Origin: Candidatus Marinacidobacterium sp.
Lineage (GTDB): Bacteria > Acidobacteriota > Vicinamibacteria > Marinacidobacterales > Marinacidobacteraceae
Length of the DNA stretch: 64,000 bases
NCBI GenBank assembly: GCA_965220965.1
Contig: OZ244852.1
Span: 2,304,001-2,368,000 of the forward strand
Direction: 5' to 3'
Both the position numbers and the translations under genes were made by a program. This document shows positions 17,608 through 25,604 of this stretch, piece by piece (the first letter of the stretch is position 1; each line of letters begins with the position of its first letter). The notes below the pieces were generated by a model. That model did not search any database and had not been told where the DNA came from. It saw only the letters and a list, made by a program, of their open reading frames with translations.

Positions 17608-19433
17608 CAGCGGTTCTCCTCGATGATCTGCTGCAGCTCGGCGCGAGGCTCGATCACCGCCTCCTCGCTGACCTCCATGCCGCCGTCGCCGCCCTTGCGA
17701 ACGACGAGCGTCCGCTTCCCCCACGCCTCGTCCTTGCCGGGATGGTCCTCGCGGAAGTGGGCGCCCCGGCTCTCCTTCCGCAGCGCCGCGGCGCGCGCCA
17801 CCGCCTCGGAAACGAGGAGCAGGTTCGGGAGGTCGAGCGCGGTGTGCCAGCCGGGGTTGTAGGCCCGGTTGCCGCCGACCGCAGTCCGTTCGGCGCGCTC
17901 GCGGAGCGCGAGCACTCCGGCGAGGCCCTCCTCGAGCTCGCCCTGGTTCCGGACGATCCCCACCTTCGCCTGCATGAGGTCCTGGAGCTCGCTCTGGATC
18001 TGGTAGGCCCCGACGCCGGCGCCCTCCTGCGACTCCTGCCGCTCGAGCGGGGCGAGCGCGTCCCGTTGGGCGGCGGCCGCCTGTTCGGTTTCCGCCGAAC
18101 CGGCATCGGGCCGCGGGTTCTCGCGGGCGAAGCGGGCGGCGTGCTCGCCGGCGCGCTTGCCGAACACGAGGAGGTCGGAGAGCGAGTTACCGCCGAGCCG
18201 GTTCGCGCCGTGGAGGCCCCCGGCGCACTCACCCGCCGCGAAGAGTCCCGGAACGCGGGACATCTGGGTCTCGCCATCAACGCGGACCCCGCCCATCACG
18301 TAGTGGGTCGTGGGGCCGACTTCCATCGGCTCCTTCGTGATGTCGATTCCCGCCAGCTCGCGGAACTGGTGGTGCATGCTGGGGAGCTTCCGGCGGATGT
18401 GGGCCTCGCTGTCCTTGAGCTTCTCGCGGATCCAGCCGATGTCGAGGAAGACGCCGCCGTGCGGGCTGCCGCGGCCCTCGCGGATCTCGCGGACGATGCA
18501 GCGCGCGACGTGGTCGCGGGTGAGGAGCTCGGGCGGGCGCCGCGCATCGCGGTCGCCCTGGGTGTAGCGCCAGCCTTCCTCTTCGTTGTCCGCCGTCTGC
18601 CCCTTGTAGAGGTCCGGGATGTCGTCGAACATGAACCGACGCCCCTCGCTGTTCCGCAGAACGCCGCCCTCGCCGCGGACCCCCTCGGTGACCAGGATGC
18701 CGCGGACGCTCGGCGGCCACACCATCCCGGTGGGGTGGAACTGGACGTACTCCATGTCGATCAGCTCGGCGCCGGCCTCGTAGCCGAGCGCGTGGCCATC
18801 ACCGGTGTACTCCCAACTGTTCGAGGTGATCCGGTAGGCGCGGCCGATCCCGCCGGTGGCGAGCACGACCGCCCCGGCGCGGAAGAGACGGAAGCGGCCC
18901 TGCTCGCGCTCGTAGCCGAACGCTCCGATGACCCGCCCGCCGTCGGTGAGGAGCCGGGTCACGGTGCACTCCATGTGGACATCGATGCCCAGGTGGACGC
19001 CGTGGTCCTGGAGCGTCCGGATCATCTCGAGCCCGGTCCGGTCTCCCACATGGGCGAGGCGGGGGTACTTGTGTCCGCCGAAGTTGCGCTGGAGGATGCG
19101 GCGATCGGGGGTCCGGTCGAACACCGCGCCCCAGGCCTCCAGCTCGCGCACCCGCTCCGGAGCTTCCTTCGCGTGGAGCTCGGCCATCGTCGGGTTGTTC
19201 CCGTACTGGCCGCCCCGCATCGTGTCGGCGAAGTGGGTCTTCCAGTCGTCGCGCTCGTCCACGTTGGAGAGCGCGGCGGCGATCCCGCCCTCGGCCATCA
19301 CGGTGTGCGCCTTGCCGAGGAGGGACTTCGTCACGAGCCCCACGGAAACCCCGGCGGCGGAGGCCTCGATCGCGGCGCGGAGGCCGGCGCCCCCCGCCCC
19401 GATCACGAGCACATCGTGCTCAACGGTCTGCAT
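17607..19433 (-). CDS. sdhA: Succinate dehydrogenase/fumarate reductase flavoprotein subunit
   Basis: IGAGGAGL, KAHTVMAEGG (FAD His), QFHPTG, HYVMGG, HGANRLGGNSL, ESRGAHFR. Confidence 0.95.
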   Translation of the reverse strand: MQTVEHDVLVIGAGGAGLRAAIEASAAGVSVGLVTKSLLGKAHTVMAEGGIAAALSNVDERDDWKTHFADTMRGGQYGNNPTMAELHAKEAPERVRELEAWGAVFDRTPDRRILQRNFGGHKYPRLAHVGDRTGLEMIRTLQDHGVHLGIDVHMECTVTRLLTDGGRVIGAFGYEREQGRFRLFRAGAVVLATGGIGRAYRITSNSWEYTGDGHALGYEAGAELIDMEYVQFHPTGMVWPPSVRGILVTEGVRGEGGVLRNSEGRRFMFDDIPDLYKGQTADNEEEGWRYTQGDRDARRPPELLTRDHVARCIVREIREGRGSPHGGVFLDIGWIREKLKDSEAHIRRKLPSMHHQFRELAGIDITKEPMEVGPTTHYVMGGVRVDGETQMSRVPGLFAAGECAGGLHGANRLGGNSLSDLLVFGKRAGEHAARFARENPRPDAGSAETEQAAAAQRDALAPLERQESQEGAGVGAYQIQSELQDLMQAKVGIVRNQGELEEGLAGVLALRERAERTAVGGNRAYNPGWHTALDLPNLLLVSEAVARAAALRKESRGAHFREDHPGKDEAWGKRTLVVRKGGDGGMEVSEEAVIEPRAELQQIIEENR

Positions 19434-19445
19434 GCCGGATCCGGA

Positions 19446-20252
19446 TCAGAGAATGCGCAGGTCGGTCCAGACGCCCATCGAGCAGAGCCGCACGTAGACA
19501 TCCGAGAAAGCCACCCAGACGAGGCTGCACCACGCCCAGTTCATGTGCCGGACGTTGAACCAGCTCACGCACTCGTAGGCGCAGCGCCGCGCCGGACGCG
19601 CCGCCATGCGGTCCAGCACGCCGCCGACCAGGTGGCGGAGCGAGTGGCAGCCCAGCGTGTAACCGCCCAGCAGCACCACGTTCAGGGTGAGAACGAGGGT
19701 GCCGACCCCGATGCCGAAGACCTCGTTGCCGGTCGCCGGGTCCACGAACCACATCGCCTTCCAGGCGTCCCAGGCGAGGATGCAGAGGAAGCCGAGCGCC
19801 AGGTAGAGGAAGTAGCGGTGGATGTTCTGGAGGATGAGCGGAAACCGCAGCTCGCCGCCGTAGCCCTTCCAGGGCTTGCCGACCGTGCACGACGCCGGGT
19901 TCGCCACGAAGGCCTTGTAGTAGGCGCCCCGGTAGTAGTAGCAGGTCAGCCGGAAACCGGCGGGGGCGCCGAGGATCACCAGCGCCGGCGAGAACGGGAG
20001 AAAGTCCGGCCAGAAACCCGGCTTCGGTCCGAACCAGGCGTGGTGCGAATCGCCCCAGATGACGGGCGAGTACATCGGCGAGAGGTAGTTGCCGAGTTCG
20101 AAGTGGGCGTTCTGGAACGCCGCCCAGGTCGAATAGACGAGGAACGCCGTCAGCGCCGAAAGGGTCGCGAGCGGCGTGACCCACCACCAGTCGCGGCGTC
20201 GCGTCGCGCCAAAGCCCTGCTGTTCCGGAAGGACGCCGGCGACGGTTGGCAC
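19446..20252 (-). CDS. Succinate dehydrogenase membrane anchor, mycobacterial Sdh1 (Rv0249c-like) type; start approximate
   Basis: YLSPMYSP, FRLTCYYYRGAYY, NIHRYF, GCHSLRHLVGG, HMNWAW; first gene of the sdhAB operon. Confidence 0.82.
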   Translation of the reverse strand: MPTVAGVLPEQQGFGATRRRDWWWVTPLATLSALTAFLVYSTWAAFQNAHFELGNYLSPMYSPVIWGDSHHAWFGPKPGFWPDFLPFSPALVILGAPAGFRLTCYYYRGAYYKAFVANPASCTVGKPWKGYGGELRFPLILQNIHRYFLYLALGFLCILAWDAWKAMWFVDPATGNEVFGIGVGTLVLTLNVVLLGGYTLGCHSLRHLVGGVLDRMAARPARRCAYECVSWFNVRHMNWAWCSLVWVAFSDVYVRLCSMGVWTDLRIL

Positions 20253-20268
20253 GGCGGTGGAGAATACA

Positions 20269-21072
20269 TCAGCGGTTGCTGGCGCACCGGAAGCCGGTGT
20301 GGTCCCAGGCGGAGTCGGCGGGGGCCCGGTTTTCCCAGGCGAGCCGGTAGCCCTGACAGGAGTTTTCGGCGCACAGGAAGGAGCCGCCGCGGAGTGGACG
20401 GCTGCCCGGAGATCCGCCGTCCACCCATTCCCAGGCGTTCCCGGCCATGTCGAAGAGCCCGTAGCCATTCGGGGGGAAGCGCCCCGGCGGGGCGAGACCG
20501 GGGTAGCCGTCCTGCGGCGCCCCGGGGAACGGAAAGCGGCCGTCGAAGAGGTTCGCGAGCGGCGCGCCGGCGAAGGGCGCGCGGTCGCCCCAGGGGTAGA
20601 CCGCGGCCTCGAGGCCGCCGCGGGCGGCGTGCTCCCACTCGCGCGCCGTCGGGAGGCGCCCTCCCGTTTCGGCGCAGAAGGCGGCGGCGTCGCTCCAGCT
20701 CACCTGGACCACCGGAGCCTCCGGCGGAGCGCCGGGCCCGCCCGTACCGCGCGGATGACGCCAATCGGCGCCGTCGCGCCGGATCCACCACGGCATGCCC
20801 GGGACCGACGCGGCGCTCTCAGAGCCGGCGCCCGGGGGCTGGAAGACGAGCGACCAGCCGATGCGCTCGGCGTCGGTGACCCATCCGGTCCGGTGGACGA
20901 AGCCGGCGAACCGGTCGGTCGTCACCTCGTGGCGGTCCAGCCGGAACGAGGCGATCCCGGGCCCGCCAGGAATGGGGACCGGATCCGGCCGGGAGCAGCC
21001 GGCGAGGAGGAGCGGCGCCGCGAGGACCACCAGGAGGGCGGGAGCAGCGGCGATGGGGCTGGAGGGGGACAT
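20269..21072 (-). CDS. Formylglycine-generating enzyme (SUMF1) family lipoprotein
   Basis: PVVQVSWSDAAAFC, RLPTAREWE, PNGYGLFDMAGNAWEW, RGGSFLCAENSCQGYR (CxxxxC). Confidence 0.88.
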   Translation of the reverse strand: MSPSSPIAAAPALLVVLAAPLLLAGCSRPDPVPIPGGPGIASFRLDRHEVTTDRFAGFVHRTGWVTDAERIGWSLVFQPPGAGSESAASVPGMPWWIRRDGADWRHPRGTGGPGAPPEAPVVQVSWSDAAAFCAETGGRLPTAREWEHAARGGLEAAVYPWGDRAPFAGAPLANLFDGRFPFPGAPQDGYPGLAPPGRFPPNGYGLFDMAGNAWEWVDGGSPGSRPLRGGSFLCAENSCQGYRLAWENRAPADSAWDHTGFRCASNR

Positions 21073-21138
21073 CACCCACGCGGGCGCCCGACGCGGCGGC
21101 GCTCCACGGGGCGGGTTTAGACTCCGGAAGCGGTTGGG

Positions 21139-21915
21139 ATGACGGGATCGGGGGGGATGCGGCGCATGCGACGAGGCTCGCCGGGAGGGGTCGCGACCGC
21201 GCTCCTGGCTCTCGCCGCGTGGACCCCGGCGGCGTGCAGCGGCGGCGCGCCGACCGGCGGGCACGACGACCCCTTCTTCGCCGCCCGGGAACTCATGGTG
21301 CGCAACGACATCGAAGGCCGCGGCCTCCGCGACCCCGAAGTCCTGGGGGCGATGCGGCGGGTCCCGCGGCATCTCTTCGTTTCCGAGTCGCTCCGGAGCC
21401 AGGCCTACAGCGACCGTCCGCTCCCGATCGGCGAGGGGCAGACGATCTCGCAGCCCTTCGTGGTGGCGCTCATGAGCTCGCTGGCCGGCATCGAGCCGGG
21501 GTTGCGGGTTCTGGAAATCGGGACCGGCTCCGGCTACCAGGCGGCGGTGCTCGCCGAGCTCGGGGCCGAGGTCTGGTCCATCGAACTGCTCCCGGCAATG
21601 GGAGCGCTCGCCGCCGCGAACCTGGCGGGCGCCGGATACGACGGCCTGCATCTCAGGGTGGGGGACGGCTATCTGGGCTGGCCGGAGGAGGCGCCGTTCG
21701 ACCGGATCGTGATCACCGCAGCGCCGCCGGAGATCCCGCCGGCTCTGATCGAGCAGCTCGGCCGCGGGGGACGGCTCGTGGCCCCGGTGGGGGACGACCC
21801 GCGGAACCAGCGACTCGTGGTGGCCACCCGGAACGAGGACGGCGAAGTCGAGACGACGGACCACGGCGGCGTGGCGTTCGTACCGATGGTCCCCGGCGAA
21901 GAACGCCCCGACTGA
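21139..21915 (+). CDS. pcm: Protein-L-isoaspartate O-methyltransferase
   Basis: VPRHLFV, AYSDRPLPIGEGQTISQP, VLEIGTGSGYQAAVL, GWPEEAPFDRI. Confidence 0.95.
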   Translation: MTGSGGMRRMRRGSPGGVATALLALAAWTPAACSGGAPTGGHDDPFFAARELMVRNDIEGRGLRDPEVLGAMRRVPRHLFVSESLRSQAYSDRPLPIGEGQTISQPFVVALMSSLAGIEPGLRVLEIGTGSGYQAAVLAELGAEVWSIELLPAMGALAAANLAGAGYDGLHLRVGDGYLGWPEEAPFDRIVITAAPPEIPPALIEQLGRGGRLVAPVGDDPRNQRLVVATRNEDGEVETTDHGGVAFVPMVPGEERPD

Positions 21916-21920
21916 ACCGC

Positions 21921-23030
21921 TCAGGTCGATCCGTTTCCGGTTCCCGGCTCGACCGCCAGGTTGGCGCCGAGCGAGACCGCCAGCCCCGCGACGCGGTGCG
22001 CGAGGTCCGGGTCGTCAGGGGCGAACTGGCGGAGCAGGGGCGCCAGCCCGGCGAGCTTCATGCGCAGGACGCGTTCCCGCAGCTCGACCGGCTTCACGAC
22101 CTCGATCCAGTCCCACCAGCCGATGACGTGGCGCGCCATGTCGTCAATGCCTCCCGCGGTGAAGCGGACCACGACGCTCCCGTCCTCCTCCCGGGTGAGC
22201 TCCTGGGAGGCGTGGAAGATCCACTTGTCCGCTCCGGGAGCGCTGGGATGGAAGCGCCACTCGACGTCCACCGGCGCCTCCTGGAACGTCCCGAAGAGCC
22301 GGGCCAGATAGCGGGAGAAATCGTCCTCGCCGAGCGAATGGGGTTCGTCGGAGAGCACCTCGAGGGTCCGGATCCGGTCCAGCCGGAACTGGAGAAAGTC
22401 GTCGCGTCCCTCCACCTCGGCCACCAGCCGGGGCGCGCCGCCGTAGAGGATCCCCACCGGGGACGCCGTGTGTTCCTTCGGCTCGTGGCCGGGACGCTGG
22501 TAGAGGAAGCGGACGCGGTGCTGGTGGAGGAGCGCGGCGCGCAAGTTCCGGTCGATGTCGAGGTCGATCCGGACGCGCGGGGTGGGGCGCGCTCCGATGC
22601 CCAGACTGAGCGCCAGCGCCTCGGCGTCGTTCATCAACCGCCCGCGAAGGTTCGCGTCGTTTCGCTGGGCGCCGCGTTCTTCCAGCGCTTCGCGCGCCAG
22701 GTCGTAGATGCGCTCCAGCCGTTCCGCGTCCCCGGTTCGCTGCTGGTCCTTCAGCAGGGTGATCGCCGACCGGACCGCGGCGAGCTCCTCGACGTTCGGT
22801 GGTCGACGCACGAAGCGTCGAAAGAAGCGGTCGCTCCGATCGATCCAGAACTCCAGCCGGCCCTCGCTGTTCCGCGCCTTGCGCAGATTGAGCACGCTGT
22901 CGAGCTCCCGGATCCAGCGGTGGGCGGTTCGCCGGGTGATCCCGTACCTGCTGGTCAGGTGTTCGTAGGTGACCCGGCGGGGCGAAAGGAACTCCTGGAA
23001 CAGCCGGGCGGCGCGGTCGAGACTCGTCAT
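21921..23030 (-). CDS. WYL-domain transcriptional regulator (wHTH-WYL-WCX)
   Basis: N-terminal HTH (LTSRYGITRRTAHRWI), LRAALLHQHRVRFLY, FRLDRI, WIFHASQ, IEVVKPVELRE. Confidence 0.85.
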   Translation of the reverse strand: MTSLDRAARLFQEFLSPRRVTYEHLTSRYGITRRTAHRWIRELDSVLNLRKARNSEGRLEFWIDRSDRFFRRFVRRPPNVEELAAVRSAITLLKDQQRTGDAERLERIYDLAREALEERGAQRNDANLRGRLMNDAEALALSLGIGARPTPRVRIDLDIDRNLRAALLHQHRVRFLYQRPGHEPKEHTASPVGILYGGAPRLVAEVEGRDDFLQFRLDRIRTLEVLSDEPHSLGEDDFSRYLARLFGTFQEAPVDVEWRFHPSAPGADKWIFHASQELTREEDGSVVVRFTAGGIDDMARHVIGWWDWIEVVKPVELRERVLRMKLAGLAPLLRQFAPDDPDLAHRVAGLAVSLGANLAVEPGTGNGST

Positions 23031-23061
23031 GCGGGGTCCTCCGGCCCGGAAGGGGCGCAGT

Positions 23062-23078
23062 CGGACACATTCTGACCG
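23062..23078. promoter_or_regulatory. Imperfect palindrome CGGACA-N5-TGACCG, candidate WYL-regulator operator
   Basis: Lies in the short divergent gap between the WYL and homoserine dehydrogenase-like genes; 1 mismatch. Confidence 0.4.
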
Positions 23079-23113
23079 CCGGGACGGGAACGCGGCAATG
23101 TGGGCGGCGTCAG

Positions 23114-24235
23114 GTGAGTAGCATCGTCCGGGTCCGGCGACGAGGAAGCCGACTCCCTCGAGACGTGATCCGCAACCATCCCCTGGTCCTGCTCGGCATG
23201 GGCGCCGTCCATCGGTCGCTGCTCCGCATCCTCGAGGAGAAGGAGGCGGGACTGACCGCCGCCGAGGGCTTCCGGTTCCCGATCGTCGCCTGCGCCGACC
23301 GGAGCGGCTTCTTTCGCGGTCCGGACGCGCCGGGAAGCCGGCTCACGCGGGAGGGGGCCCTCGCGGTGAAGGAGCGCGGCGGCCGGCTGGGGGAGCTCCC
23401 GGAGGCGGCGGCCGTCACGCTGGAGGAAGCGGTGGAGCTCGCGGGGCCCGACGGCATCCTGATGGACGCGGCCTCGATGGACATGGAGACCGGGGGCGCC
23501 GGCCTCGAAGCCGCCCGGGCGGCGCTCTCGCGGGGGGTCTCGGCGGTGTTCGCGAACAAGTCGGCGATGGCGCTGGCGTTCGACGAGTGCGAGGCTCTGG
23601 CCCGCCGGAGCGGGGCCGGTTTCGGCTGGAGCGCCACCGTCTGCGGCGGGTTGCCGGTGATCAACGCCGCCCGCCGGGAGCTGGTGGCGGCGCGCTTTCG
23701 CCGCGTTCAGGGTGTCTTCAACGCCACCAGCAACCTGGTGCTCGACACCGTCGCCGCCGGGCGGACGCTCGAGGAAGCCATCCAGGAGGCAAAGGACCGC
23801 GGCATCGCCGAGACCGACCCCACGAACGATCTGAACGGGACGGACACCGCCGCCAAGCTGGCGATCTTCACCCGGACGGTCCTCGGCCAGCCGGTCTCCT
23901 TCGGGGACATCCCCCGGGCCGGGGTGGAAGCGGCGGGCGAGCCTGCCGCCGGCGAGGTCATCCGCCTGCTCGGCGAAGCCACGCCCGACCCCGACGGGTC
24001 CTGGCGTCTCGAAGTCGCCCCCCGGGCCGTCCCGCGAGCCAGCTTCTTCGGTAGCATCGGCAGCCTCGACATGGCGGTCGAGTGGGAAACCGACCTCTTC
24101 GGCGTCCACCGGCTCGCCGCCACCGAGGGGGACGCCACCCCGACCGCCGCCGCGATGCTGCGCGACGCGGTCCACATCGCCCGCGGAATCCCCGCCGGGC
24201 CAACGCTCCGCACCGGAGCCGGGGAGAATCGATGA
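23114..24235 (+). CDS. Homoserine dehydrogenase-like protein (start could be GTG 23166)
   Basis: LGMGAV, ANK, ATVCGGLPVI, GVFNATSN, GIAETDPTNDLNGTDTAAKL. Confidence 0.85.
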   Translation: MSSIVRVRRRGSRLPRDVIRNHPLVLLGMGAVHRSLLRILEEKEAGLTAAEGFRFPIVACADRSGFFRGPDAPGSRLTREGALAVKERGGRLGELPEAAAVTLEEAVELAGPDGILMDAASMDMETGGAGLEAARAALSRGVSAVFANKSAMALAFDECEALARRSGAGFGWSATVCGGLPVINAARRELVAARFRRVQGVFNATSNLVLDTVAAGRTLEEAIQEAKDRGIAETDPTNDLNGTDTAAKLAIFTRTVLGQPVSFGDIPRAGVEAAGEPAAGEVIRLLGEATPDPDGSWRLEVAPRAVPRASFFGSIGSLDMAVEWETDLFGVHRLAATEGDATPTAAAMLRDAVHIARGIPAGPTLRTGAGENR

Positions 24236-25512
24236 GCCAGGACGAGGTTTCGCGCCGCGAGGCGCTCACCGCCGGACTCGCCGGCGTCGGACTGGCCGCA
24301 GCCGGATCGGTGCTGGGAGCGGCCTGCGCCCCCGAAGGCGAGGCCCCCTCGGACGCCGCCGCGCCGGCCGGGGCCGGAACCCAGACCGGGCCCCGCGTCG
24401 TCGTGATCGGCGCCGGCGCCTTCGGCGGCTGGACCGCGCTCTGGCTCCAGCGGGGCGGCGCGCGGGTCACGCTGGTGGACGCGTGGGGGCCGGGGAACTC
24501 GCGCGCCAGTTCCGGCGGCGAGAGCCGGGTGATCCGGGCCAACTACGGGGCCAACGGGATCTACACCGACCTCGTCATCCGGTCGCTGGCTCTGTGGCGA
24601 GAGCACCAGGAGGAATGGGGGGACCGGATCTACACCCAGAACGGGATGATCTGGATGACCGGCGAACAGACCGAGCGCGCCCGGAGCGCCGTCCAGGTCT
24701 TCGAGGAGCGGGGCGTCGCGTTCGAGGAGATGGACGGACCGGAAGTCGCGCGCCGCTTCCCGGCGATCCGCCCCGACGGGATCGGCTACGCGCTCTACGA
24801 GGAGGATGCCGGCTTCCTGCTCGCGCGCCGGGGTTGCCAGCGGGTGCTCGAGACTTTCCTCGCCGCGGGCGGCGTCTACCGCCAGGCGCACGCAACGCCG
24901 GGGGCGATGGACGGCGGTGCGATGGGCGAGGTGCGGCTCGCCGACGGGGACCGTCTCGAGGCGGACCTCTTCGTGTTCGCCGGCGGGCCGTGGCTCGCCG
25001 AGCTCTTCCCCGGGTTCGACCCGCCGCTGGTGGCCCCGACGCGGCAGGAAGTCCTCTACTTCGGGACGCCCCCGGGGCGTTCCGACCTGACCGACGCCGA
25101 GCTCCCGGCGTGGATCCAGTCCGGTTCGGGCTTCTACGGGATCCCCGGGAACGAACACCGGGGGTTCAAGATCGCCGACGATCGTCGGGGGGCGTCCTTC
25201 GATCCGACGAACGGGGACCGGACCCCCTCGGAGAAGGCGATCCGCGAGGCGCGGGAGTTCGTGGAACACCGCTTCCCGGCGCTGGCGGGAGCGCCGCTCG
25301 TCGAGGCGCGCGTCTGCCAGTACGAGCAGAGCGCCGACGGGAACGTGATCGCGGACACCCATCCGGACGCGGACAACGCGTGGATTCTCGGCGGCGGCTC
25401 CGGCCACGGCTTCAAGTTCGGGCCGGCGCTCGGGGAGATGGTCGCCGCCCAGGTCCTGGGTCAGCGGGAGAAGGAGCCCTTCTTCTCGCTGGCGAGGTTC
25501 GCCACGGCCTGA
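24232..25512 (+). CDS. FAD-dependent amine oxidase (monomeric sarcosine oxidase/MTOX family) with Tat signal
   Basis: SRREAL Tat motif, VIGAGAFG, SSGGESRVIR, VCQY, GGSGHGFKFGPALG. Confidence 0.88.
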   Translation: MSQDEVSRREALTAGLAGVGLAAAGSVLGAACAPEGEAPSDAAAPAGAGTQTGPRVVVIGAGAFGGWTALWLQRGGARVTLVDAWGPGNSRASSGGESRVIRANYGANGIYTDLVIRSLALWREHQEEWGDRIYTQNGMIWMTGEQTERARSAVQVFEERGVAFEEMDGPEVARRFPAIRPDGIGYALYEEDAGFLLARRGCQRVLETFLAAGGVYRQAHATPGAMDGGAMGEVRLADGDRLEADLFVFAGGPWLAELFPGFDPPLVAPTRQEVLYFGTPPGRSDLTDAELPAWIQSGSGFYGIPGNEHRGFKIADDRRGASFDPTNGDRTPSEKAIREAREFVEHRFPALAGAPLVEARVCQYEQSADGNVIADTHPDADNAWILGGGSGHGFKFGPALGEMVAAQVLGQREKEPFFSLARFATA

Positions 25513-25562
25513 CCGGGGGGCCGGGTCCAACTCCGTCGGGAGAGCCGGACCCGGTGCGGGTC

Positions 25563-25592
25563 GGGGTGGCGGCGGCGCGCCGCCGCCACCCC
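25563..25592. terminator. Perfect 30-bp palindrome between convergent genes (bidirectional terminator-like)
   Basis: GGGGTGGCGGCGGCG|CGCCGCCGCCACCCC; a second hairpin (CCGGGTCC...GGACCCGG) lies just upstream. Confidence 0.6.
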
Positions 25593-25604
25593 TGGATCAG
25601 AGGA

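Noticed and set aside
17592-20879. 1095-aa plus-strand ORF and similar long ORFs (e.g. 46575..49580, 55895..58456, 13508..16372)
   Set aside because: Antisense or off-frame shadows of well-supported genes in GC-rich DNA; Arg/Pro/Gly-rich with no motifs.
25563-25592. Perfect 30-bp palindrome as a REP/mobile repeat
   Set aside because: I noticed only one copy in the window and it lies between convergent genes; a terminator is the simpler explanation.
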